Assembly: GCA_963772865.1 (NCBI GenBank)
Contig: CAVYZA010000034.1
Location: forward strand, 291,550-355,549
DNA from: an uncultured beta proteobacterium
GTDB taxonomy: Bacteria > Pseudomonadota > Gammaproteobacteria > Burkholderiales > SHXO01
Length of the DNA stretch: 64,000 nt
Reading direction: 5' to 3'
Shown here: in pieces, positions 9,180 to 17,570 of the stretch
Position numbering within the stretch: position 1 is the stretch's first letter
How the letters are laid out: each line of letters opens with the position of its first letter
Program-made: the position numbers and the translations under genes
Notes under the pieces: generated by a model
What the model was told of the DNA's origin: nothing
Seen by the model: only the letters and a program-made list of their open reading frames with translations
Database searches by the model: none

Positions 9180-11078
9180 CTACCCCGCCGCCGACGCAGG
9201 AGGCTTGACCAGGCTCAGCTGCCCCGGCGCCGGGGCGGTCCGGAACTGGCGCTCGTAGAGACGGCCGTACAAACCGCCCTCGGCCAGCAGCTGCGCGTGC
9301 GGACCGATCTGGACGATGCTGCCCTGGTCCATCACGACGATGCGGTCGGCGTGCAGGATGGTGGACAACCGGTGCGCGATCACCACGCTGGTGCGGCTGC
9401 GCATGAGCTGCCTCAACGCATCCTGGATCAGGTGCTCGCTCTCGCTGTCCAGCGCGCTGGTGGCTTCGTCCAGGATCAAGATGCGCGGGTCGCGCAGGAA
9501 CGCCCGTGCGATGGCGATGCGCTGGCGCTGCCCGCCGGAGAGCTTGGCGCCGCGCTCGCCCAGCAGGGTGTCGTAGCCTTCGGGCAGCTGCACGATGAAC
9601 TCCTCGGCGTGCGCGGCGCGCGCCACCCGGCGCAGCGCCTCGTCGCTGGCGTCGGGCATGCTGTAGAGGATGTTGTCGCGCACGCTGCCCGACAGCAGAA
9701 CAGTATCCTGGGCGACGATGCCGATCTGGCTGCGCAGCGACCGTAGCGTCACGTCGCGCAGATCGTAGCCGTCGACCGTGATGCGCCCGGAGTCGGGATC
9801 GAAGAAGCGCGGGATGAGCTGGACCAGCGTGGTCTTGCCGGCTCCGCTCGGCCCCACCAGCGCGATCATTTCGCCGGGACGCATGTGCAGATCCAGCTCG
9901 CGCAGGGTCAACTGGCCGGGCCGATAGCCGAAGGAAACGCGCTCGAACCGGATGTCGCCCGACAGTCGGGGCAGCCGCAGCGCGCCGGGCCGCTCGCGCA
10001 CCTCGGGCTGGGTATCGAACACCTCGAAGATGCGATCGATCGCCGCAAGCGAGTTCTGCAGCACCGTGTTCATTTCGCTGATGCGGTTGACCGGAAAATA
10101 CAGCTGGCGAAGCAGATGGATGAACGCCACCACCTCGCCTATGCTCGCCTGGCCCTTGAAGATCAAGTAGCCGCCGTACCAGATCAGCGCCAGCGTCGCC
10201 ATCTCGGTCAGCCACTGCACGATGCTGCTCGACAGGTTGGTGATGCGCACGTTGTCCATCACCAGCTCGTGCAGCCCGCGGGCACGCGTGAAGAAGCCGC
10301 GCACCTCGCGCTGCTCGGCGCCGAAGCTCTTCACCAGCGTGTAGCCGCCGATGCGCTCCTGCATGTCGCCGGAGAACTCTTCCATCGCCTCCTGCACCTG
10401 CTTGGAGGTGCGCTTGGACGCCTTGCCGTAGATGCGCATGCAGGCGATGTAGAGCGGGAACACCGCCAGGGCCGCGACGGTGAGCTGGACGTTCATCATC
10501 AGCAGCAGCACGAGGTAGAACAGGCACGCCACCACGTCCATCCAGACGTTCGTCATGGCCGCGCCGACGAAATTCTGCGCCAGCGCGATGTCGGCGGTCA
10601 GGCGCGACACGATGGCGCCCGACTGGCGCGACAGGAAGAACGAATGACTCAGGCGCTGGATGTGCTGGAACAGGTCGGTGCGCAGATCCAGCATGACGCG
10701 GTGTCCCGCCAGCTGCGCCCAGTAGCTGCGGTAGTACATGGCCACGCCCCAGACCATGTAGACGACCAGCAGCGTCGCCGCCAGGACGTTGAACAGTCCC
10801 CAGGTGCTCTGCGCGTCCCAGGTCGCGGGCAGGTGCGCGGCGACCCAGCGCAGGTAGGCTTCGGTGGCCGTGAAGACGGGATCGGTGGGCGCGGGCGCGT
10901 GCCCGAACTGCGGCACCAGCCGGTCGGTCATGAAGCGCAATGCGATGGCGAAAGCCGCCGGCAGCGTGAACTTCAGAATCCCGGCCAGCGTCGCGCCGAC
11001 GATCAGCAGCCAGTAGGGCCTGACGTAGCGCAGGAAACGGCGCAGCGCGCTGGCCGCTGGTTCAGGAGTAGGTAGCAC
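9180..11078 (-). CDS. ABC exporter, fused permease + ATPase (MsbA/ABCB type)
   Basis: 632 aa. It has an N-terminal 6-TM domain, Walker A GPSGAGKTT, the signature LSGGQRQRIAIARAF and Walker B ILILDEATSALD. Confidence 0.9.
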   Translation of the reverse strand: MLPTPEPAASALRRFLRYVRPYWLLIVGATLAGILKFTLPAAFAIALRFMTDRLVPQFGHAPAPTDPVFTATEAYLRWVAAHLPATWDAQSTWGLFNVLAATLLVVYMVWGVAMYYRSYWAQLAGHRVMLDLRTDLFQHIQRLSHSFFLSRQSGAIVSRLTADIALAQNFVGAAMTNVWMDVVACLFYLVLLLMMNVQLTVAALAVFPLYIACMRIYGKASKRTSKQVQEAMEEFSGDMQERIGGYTLVKSFGAEQREVRGFFTRARGLHELVMDNVRITNLSSSIVQWLTEMATLALIWYGGYLIFKGQASIGEVVAFIHLLRQLYFPVNRISEMNTVLQNSLAAIDRIFEVFDTQPEVRERPGALRLPRLSGDIRFERVSFGYRPGQLTLRELDLHMRPGEMIALVGPSGAGKTTLVQLIPRFFDPDSGRITVDGYDLRDVTLRSLRSQIGIVAQDTVLLSGSVRDNILYSMPDASDEALRRVARAAHAEEFIVQLPEGYDTLLGERGAKLSGGQRQRIAIARAFLRDPRILILDEATSALDSESEHLIQDALRQLMRSRTSVVIAHRLSTILHADRIVVMDQGSIVQIGPHAQLLAEGGLYGRLYERQFRTAPAPGQLSLVKPPASAAG

Positions 11079-11267
11079 GCGGAAGAATCACCTCGATGTG
11101 CCGGGCTTTTGGCCTGGACGCGGCCCGGACGCTGTCCACGGGATCTGCCGGGACGCAGGCGACTGCAGTGACCGCGTGCTTCTATTATCGCAGAAGAGCG
11201 GCCGGAACTTGAGCGGCGGCTACGGCCGCCGCGGCCTGCGGAGAATCGAGGCTGCGCGACCCAGGCG

Positions 11268-11861
11268 TTACTGCGGGATGCTCGCCTGGTACATGCTGTT
11301 CTTCGGCTCCGCGAACACGCGCCGCACCATCGGCTCGAAGAACTCGAGAGGCCGATGCTGCAGGTCCGGATCGAAGGCGGGGTTGTCGTACAGCTCTACG
11401 AAGCGCGCCGTACGGTCGAAATGCGGATGGCCGCGGAACTGCTCGCGCATGTGCCGATCCATGTTGATGTGCTGGAAGAAATTGTAGCCCTGGAAGATGC
11501 CGTGCTTCTCCACCATCCAGTGGTTGGCAGCCGACACGAACGGCTTGAGCATGGCGGCGGATACCTCCGGGTGATTCCACGAGCCCAGCAGGTCGCCGAC
11601 ATCGTGAAGCAGCGCGCACACCACGTACTCTTCGTCTTCGCCGGCTTGGTGCGCCAAGGTCGCACTCAGCAGCAGATGCTGCAGCCGGCCGACGGCGTAA
11701 CCGCCGCCTTCATCCTCTCCCAGCAGCCTGAGCTGCGCCAGCACGCGGTCGGCCAGCCTGGCCGCGAATGGCATGTGATGGGCGATGATGATGTCCCAGT
11801 CGGCTTTCGTGCTCTGCTTGATGGTCTTGAAGGTGGCGCGGCGCGCGAGCAGGTCTTCCAT
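11268..11861 (-). CDS. HD-domain metal-dependent hydrolase/oxygenase (PhnZ-like small HD protein)
   Basis: 197 aa. It has QHLLLSATLAHQAG...VVCALLHDVGD (the HD motif) and its size is typical of stand-alone HD proteins. Confidence 0.7.
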   Translation of the reverse strand: MEDLLARRATFKTIKQSTKADWDIIIAHHMPFAARLADRVLAQLRLLGEDEGGGYAVGRLQHLLLSATLAHQAGEDEEYVVCALLHDVGDLLGSWNHPEVSAAMLKPFVSAANHWMVEKHGIFQGYNFFQHINMDRHMREQFRGHPHFDRTARFVELYDNPAFDPDLQHRPLEFFEPMVRRVFAEPKNSMYQASIPQ

Positions 11862-11999
11862 GGCGCTCTCCCGACGACTGTTGTCGTCCAGAGTATAGCG
11901 CTGCCAGCGTGTCGCGATCGCAGCCGGGAGGTTTCGCGGATCGCGCCGGGAGGTTTCGCGGTCGCGCCCAGGACGCTTGTGGAAGGGGGCGCGTGAGGA

Positions 12000-13532
12000 C
12001 TATGCCGCGTCCATCGCCAGCAGCGCCTGGTTCAACGCCAGGGCCTGGTCGTGCCGGAGCACTCGATTGCGTCCCGCGGCCTTCGCTGCATACAGCGCCT
12101 GGTCGGCCTGCTTGATCAGCTCGGCCAGGGTGGTCGAGCCGTGCTGGATGGAAGCCACCCCGAAGCTCGCTGTGATGCGCACGTTCTCCCCGGGGACGAC
12201 CGAGGAACCGACGCCGCTTTCGATCTGTTTGCGCATGCGCTCGGCCATCTCCTGCGCCTGGTTGGCTTCGATGGCGCCGAGCAGCAAGCAGAACTCCTCA
12301 CCTCCGTAGCGGCACACGAGGTCGCCCGGGCGCACCGCGCTTGCCAGCGTCGTGGCCACGTTGCGAATGGCCTGGTCGCCGACGAGGTGGCCGTAGCGGT
12401 CGTTGATCGACTTGAAGTGATCGATGTCCACCATCAGGATGCACACGTTGGAGCGCTGCGCGGCGCAGTTGAGGAAGATCTGCTGCGACTGCTCAAGGAA
12501 CGCACGGCGTGTGAGGCTGCCGGTGAGCTGATCGTGGTTGGCCAGGCGCTTGAGCTCCTCGTTCTGGAGCTCGATCTTGCTCTTGGCCACCTCGAGCTGC
12601 GCCACCGAGTCCAGCAGGGCCTGGTTCATGTGCTCGACCATCGACATGTCGTCGAAGGTGATGAGACAGCCGCGCACCGTTTCGCGGTCATCGACGATCG
12701 GTGCGACGTTCATCACGATCTTCACCGGATCGCCGCCCTCCTGGGGAATCTTGATGCTCTCGCCGGTGACCGCGGTGCGCTCCAGCATCGCGCGGGTCCA
12801 CGGCGGCGGGCCGTCTCCGCACGCCGACGTGAGCCAGGCGAGATCCTTGATGCGCTTGCCGGTGAGCTCGCCCCCGGCGGAAGGATGCAGATTCCGAAAA
12901 GCACGGTTGGCGAGCAGCACGTGGCCCATCTTGTCGATCACGAGCACGCCTTCGGAGAGGGCGTCGAAGGCAGTGCGCACGCGGTCGGGAATGGCGGCGT
13001 TGGGATCCAGCCGCTGCAGGATCCGCTTGAGGTAGAGGTAGAACGCGCCGAAGCCAACCGTCAGCATCAGCAGCGTCAGGGCCACCCCGGGATACCTCAG
13101 CCACCCCAGCAGCGTCTGCGGCGTAGTGGGCCGATAGGCCACCTCCAGGCGCCCCCACATGTCCTTGCCGGAGTCGATGGGCACGAGCACGCTGGTGAGC
13201 GTGGATTTGTCGTTGGCCGGGGGAACCCAGTGTGTGGCGTGGTTACCGGTTTCGGCCACCACTTCGCCGTTCTTGCGCCGGACCGCGATCGACAGCACTT
13301 CCGGATCGCGCGAGATCACGGCGTGCATGGTTCGCCGCAGCGTTTCCCACTGCTCGGTCTGCACCAGCGCGGTCATCTGCACGGCCAGCGCTTCGCTGGT
13401 GCGCTTGCGTACGTGCTTGGCGACGTCGGCTTCGTCGGGAAGCAGGCCGAAGATGAGATCGGCCACCAGCAGCAGGAAGGCGACCAGGGAGATCAGCCCC
13501 ATGCTGATACGTGAGACAGGTCCGAGACGCAT
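12000..13532 (-). CDS. Diguanylate cyclase: 2-TM periplasmic sensor + PAS + GGDEF (GGEEF active site, RxxD I-site)
   Basis: 510 aa. The motif AVRPGDLVCRYGGEEFCLLL carries both the I-site (RPGD) and the active site. The N-terminal 230 aa are paralogous to the sensor of the histidine kinase at 34492..36993. Confidence 0.9.
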   Translation of the reverse strand: MRLGPVSRISMGLISLVAFLLLVADLIFGLLPDEADVAKHVRKRTSEALAVQMTALVQTEQWETLRRTMHAVISRDPEVLSIAVRRKNGEVVAETGNHATHWVPPANDKSTLTSVLVPIDSGKDMWGRLEVAYRPTTPQTLLGWLRYPGVALTLLMLTVGFGAFYLYLKRILQRLDPNAAIPDRVRTAFDALSEGVLVIDKMGHVLLANRAFRNLHPSAGGELTGKRIKDLAWLTSACGDGPPPWTRAMLERTAVTGESIKIPQEGGDPVKIVMNVAPIVDDRETVRGCLITFDDMSMVEHMNQALLDSVAQLEVAKSKIELQNEELKRLANHDQLTGSLTRRAFLEQSQQIFLNCAAQRSNVCILMVDIDHFKSINDRYGHLVGDQAIRNVATTLASAVRPGDLVCRYGGEEFCLLLGAIEANQAQEMAERMRKQIESGVGSSVVPGENVRITASFGVASIQHGSTTLAELIKQADQALYAAKAAGRNRVLRHDQALALNQALLAMDAA

Positions 13533-13565
13533 GTGTCGTCCTCTAACAGGCCGACCGAGTGAAAC

Positions 13566-14885
13566 TCATCCTGAAACGGCTCTGCAAGATCCGCACCGGC
13601 TTGGCGATCCGCCGCTCGACGCTCGCACTTTTACCATCGTTGACAAACCACGCTGGCGCGAATATCGCGGGCAAGTCACACGCTGGTCTCTTTTCCGGTC
13701 CTGCCAGGCGGACCTCGCACGCATCGGCCGCCTTAGCCGCGCTCGCTCTGCTCGCGCGCGCCGTGATCGGCGTGCGCGCCCTCCGAGCACGTTGGCGATG
13801 GCCAGCTCGTTGGCGTCGGCATCGCGATCATCGGGGTCGTACCACTTCTTATCCTCGTCCTCATCGCGCCCCACCACCGGCAAGGGATCGATGTGGCGCC
13901 ACGCCGGGGCCGAGGCCAGCAGGCTGCCCAATAGCCCGCTCACCCGGCTCGCCCACCACACCACACCCACGGAGAGCGCCATGCCGCCCAGCTGCACCTG
14001 CTCGAGCAGCACGTCGATGCGGTCCTTGGGCGCCTCCTCGGCCTCGGGGAAGGCCGGCCGGATATGCCAGTCCACCGGCACCGTGGAGAGGTACTGCAGG
14101 TTGGCCGGTGCTGCGGCCAGCAGTTCCAGGGCCGGGTCGATGTACGGGCCGGCCACGAAGTTGTTGAAGCTGGCCACCGGCTGGGTCGGCTTTTGCCGGC
14201 TCAGTGGCTGCAGCTGCATCTGGTTGACCTGCGCCTCGGGCGCATCGACGCGCCCAGGCGAATAGACCGCCGGGATCACGGGCGCAACTGTACTGGCTGA
14301 GGCCGGTGGTTCAGCTGGCGCTTCGGGTTTGGCCTGGGCTGGCGCAGGATTCGTCGACGGCTCGGCGGGTGGGGTGACGGGCACCACCAGGATCGTGCCC
14401 GCATCGAAGCTCACACCCGCGGCGAGCGGTCCGTGGCTGAGCGCCCCGTCGCTCACCGTGACCGCGTAACCGGGGGCCACGCGGCTGCCGTCGTGCACGA
14501 ACACCACCAGACCGCCTTGCACGTCGGCCTGGGTGAAGCTGCTGACAGCCACCCCCGGGGCGCTGGTGCGCTCGAAGTGCCCGTGGCTCACCCCGCTCAC
14601 GCTGAAGGTCAACGCGCCTGCGGGGTTGTCCACGTCGCTGGCGCTCAAGTTGGCCGCCGACAGCACCAGCGTCTCGCCCCGCCCGATGGTCAGGGTGTTG
14701 ATGCCGAGCACTGGGGCGTCGTCGACGTTGGCCACCGGGCCGGCATTGGTGCTGAGGAGGCTCTCGGTGCTGCCCTGCCCGTCGCTATAGGCGACACTGA
14801 CCTGAATCAAGCTGCCCACGTCGGCATCGCCCAGGGTGTAGGTGCTGAGGTCGCCCCGCCGATTACCACCCCGTTGCGCAGCCAC
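13566..14885 (-). CDS. Giant locus A, C-terminal fragment (cadherin-like domain, Pro-rich linker, TM module)
   Basis: ...VDDAPVLGINTLTIGRGETLVLSAANLSASDVDNPAGALTFSVSGVSHGHF...; then PPAEPSTNPAPAQAKPEAPAEPP; then GGMALSVGVVWWASRVSGLLGSLLASAPAWRHIDPLPVVGRDEDEDKK. The final ~60 codons are Arg-rich and doubtful. Confidence 0.75.
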   Translation of the reverse strand: MAAQRGGNRRGDLSTYTLGDADVGSLIQVSVAYSDGQGSTESLLSTNAGPVANVDDAPVLGINTLTIGRGETLVLSAANLSASDVDNPAGALTFSVSGVSHGHFERTSAPGVAVSSFTQADVQGGLVVFVHDGSRVAPGYAVTVSDGALSHGPLAAGVSFDAGTILVVPVTPPAEPSTNPAPAQAKPEAPAEPPASASTVAPVIPAVYSPGRVDAPEAQVNQMQLQPLSRQKPTQPVASFNNFVAGPYIDPALELLAAAPANLQYLSTVPVDWHIRPAFPEAEEAPKDRIDVLLEQVQLGGMALSVGVVWWASRVSGLLGSLLASAPAWRHIDPLPVVGRDEDEDKKWYDPDDRDADANELAIANVLGGRARRSRRARAERARLRRPMRARSAWQDRKRDQRVTCPRYSRQRGLSTMVKVRASSGGSPSRCGSCRAVSG

Positions 14886-17570
14886 TGGTAGCTGAAGGCA
14901 CCCAGCCCGTCGGCATCGGCGATGCTGCTGGTGTCAGCCGTCAAGGTCTGGTCTTCGGTCCACGTGCCGGCGATCGACAACCGCTCCGGTGGGCGCATCG
15001 TTGACGTTGGCCACCGCCGCGGTCTGCGCCGAGGTGACACTCTCGGGAGTGCCCTGCCCGTCGGTGTAGCTCACCTGCACGCTGATCTGCGTGCCCACAT
15101 CGGCATCGCCCAGGGTGTAGGTGCTGCCCGGTAGCGGTTGCGATGACCGCACCGTTGCGCAGCCACTGGTAGCTGAAGGCACCCAGCCCGTCGGCATCCG
15201 CAATGCCCGCCGTGTTCGCGGTCAAGGTCTGATCTTCTGTCACCGTGCCGCTGATGGTGGGCACCCCGGTGGGGGCATCGTTGACGTTGGCCACCGCCGC
15301 GGTCTGCGCCGAGGTGACACTCTCGGGAGTGCCCTGCCCGTCGGTGTAGCTCACCTGCACGCTGATCTGCGTGCCCACATCGGCATCGCCCAGGGTGTAG
15401 GTGCTGCCCGTAGCGGTTGCGATGACCGCACCGTTGCGCAGCCACTGGTAGCTGAAGGCACCCAGCCCGTCGGCATCCGCAATGCCCGCCGTGTTCGCGG
15501 TCAAGGTCTGATCTTCTGTCACCGTGCCGCTGATGGTGGGCACCCCCGTCGGGGCATCGTTGACGTTGAGCCACCGCCGCGGTCTGCGCCGAGGTGACGA
15601 CTCTCGGGAGTGCCCTGCCCGTCGGTGTAGCTCACCTGCACGCTGATCTGCGTGCCCACATCGGCATCGCCCAGGGTGTAGGTGCTGCCGGTAGCGGTTG
15701 CGATGACCGCACCGTTGCGCAGCCACTGGTAGCTGAAGGCACCCAGCCCGTCGGCATCCGCAATGCCCGCCGTGTTCGCGGTCAAGGTCTGATCTTCTGT
15801 CACCGTGCCGCTGATGGTGGGCACCCCGGTGGGGGCATCGTTGACGTTGGCCACCGCCGCGGTCTGCGCCGAGGTGACACTCTCGGGAGTGCCCTGCCCG
15901 TCGGTGTAGCTCACCTGCACGCTGATCTGCGTGCCCACATCGGCATCGCCCAGGGTGTAGGTGCTGCCCGTAGCGGTCGCGATGACCGCACCGTTGCGCA
16001 GCCACTGGTAGCTGAAGGCACCCAGCCCGTCGGCATCCGCAATGCCCGCCGTGTTCGCGGTCAAGGTCTGATCTTCTGTCACCGTGCCGCTGATGGTGGG
16101 CACCCCGGTCGGGGCATCGTTGACGTTGGCCACCGCCGCGGTCTGCGCCGAGGTGACACTCTCGGGAGTGCCCTGCCCGTCGGTGTAGCTCACCTGCACG
16201 CTGATCTGCGTGCCCACATCGGCATCGCCCAGGGTGTAGGTGCTGCCGGTAGCGGTTGCGATGACCGCACCGTTGCGCAGCCACTGGTAGCTGAAGGCAC
16301 CCAGCCCGTCGGCATCCGCAATGCCCGCCGTGTTCGCGGTCAAGGTCTGATCTTCTGTCACCGTGCCGCTGATGGTGGGCAACCCCGTCGGGGCATCGTT
16401 GACGTTGGCCACCGGCCGCAGTCTGCGCCGAGGTAACGCTCTCGGCAGTGCCCTGCCCGTCGGTGTAGCTCACCTGCACGCTGATCTGGGTGCCCACGTC
16501 GGCATCGCCCAGGGTGTAGGTGCAGGCCGTCGCGCCCGCGATGCGTCCAGGTACGCCGCGTTGCGCAGCCACTGGTAGCTGAAGCGCGCCCAGGCCGTCG
16601 GCATCGCCGATGCCGCTGGTGTCCGCGGTCAGGGTCTGATCTTCCGTGACTGTGCCGCTGACGGTGGCACGCCCGCTCGGCGCGTCGTTGACGTTGGCCA
16701 CCGCCGCGGTCTGCGCCGAGGTGACGACTCTCGGGAGTGCCCTGCCCGTCGGTGTAGCTCACCTGCACGCTGATCTGCGTGCCCACATCGGCATCGCCCA
16801 GGGTGTAGGTGCTGCCGGTAGCGGTCGCGATGACCGCACCGTTGCGCAGCCACTGGTAGCTGAAGGCACCCAGCCCGTCGGCATCCGCAATGCCCGCCGT
16901 GTTCGCGGTCAAGGTCTGATCTTCTGTCACCGTGCCGCTGATGGTGGGCACACCCGTGGGGGCATCGTTGACGTTGGCGACAGGCCCCACATCGGCGCTA
17001 GTTAAGCTCTCTGCACTGCCCTGACCATCCGTGTAGCTCACGCTGACCTGAATCAGGTTGCCCACGTCGGCGTCGCCGAGAACATAGGTGGAAGCCGTCT
17101 CACCCGTGATGTCGTTCCAGGTTACGCCGCTGTCGGTAGAACGTGCCCACTGGTAAGCGAAGCCGCCGAGGCCATCCGCATCGCCGATGCTGCTGGTGTC
17201 GGCGGTGAGGGTCTGATCTTCCGTGACTGTGCCGGTGACGATGACCGCGCCGCTGGGTGCGTCATTGACGTTGCTGACCGGCCCCAGGCTCGGGCTGCTC
17301 AGGCTCTCCGCGTTACCTTGTCCGTCGACATAGGCCAGGCTCATCTGAATGAATGCGTTGACGTCGGCGTCGCCCAGCGTGTAGCTGGACCCCGTGGCTC
17401 CAAGAATCGGGTTCCAGGTGGTCCCGCCGTCGGTGGAGCGCGCCCACTGATAGGTGACGGCACCCAGGCCGTCGGGGTCGCCGATGCCACTGGTGTCGGC
17501 GGTGAGCACGGCGTCCTCGATCGAGATGCCGATGATCCCGGCCGCGCCGGTTGGCGCATCGTTGACCGGC
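14713..17570. repeat. Coding tandem repeats: 8 near-identical 279-bp (93-aa) units plus 2 diverged ~297-bp units
   Basis: The VNDAP-encoding motif (..gcrtcgttgacgttgg..) recurs near 17560, 17265, 16968, 16688, 16392, 16115, 15836, 15556, 15277, 14998 and 14720. Confidence 0.9.
15519..16412 (-). CDS. Giant locus A, fragment 3 (three 93-aa repeats)
   Basis: VANVNDAPTG(L/V)PTISGTVTEDQTLTANTAGIADADGLGAFSYQWLRNGAVIATATGSTYTLGDADVGTQISVQVSYTDGQGTPES is repeated three times. Confidence 0.75.
   Translation of the reverse strand: MANVNDAPTGLPTISGTVTEDQTLTANTAGIADADGLGAFSYQWLRNGAVIATATGSTYTLGDADVGTQISVQVSYTDGQGTPESVTSAQTAAVANVNDAPTGVPTISGTVTEDQTLTANTAGIADADGLGAFSYQWLRNGAVIATATGSTYTLGDADVGTQISVQVSYTDGQGTPESVTSAQTAAVANVNDAPTGVPTISGTVTEDQTLTANTAGIADADGLGAFSYQWLRNGAVIATATGSTYTLGDADVGTQISVQVSYTDGQGTPESRHLGADRGGGSTSTMPRRGCPPSAAR

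Noticed and set aside
9180-11078. ABC exporter as the T1SS ABC component of the island
   Set aside because: It has MsbA-like architecture with no C39 or CLD N-terminal domain and no adjacent MFP or OMP. It is separated from locus A by the HD and DGC genes. A link cannot be supported from sequence alone.
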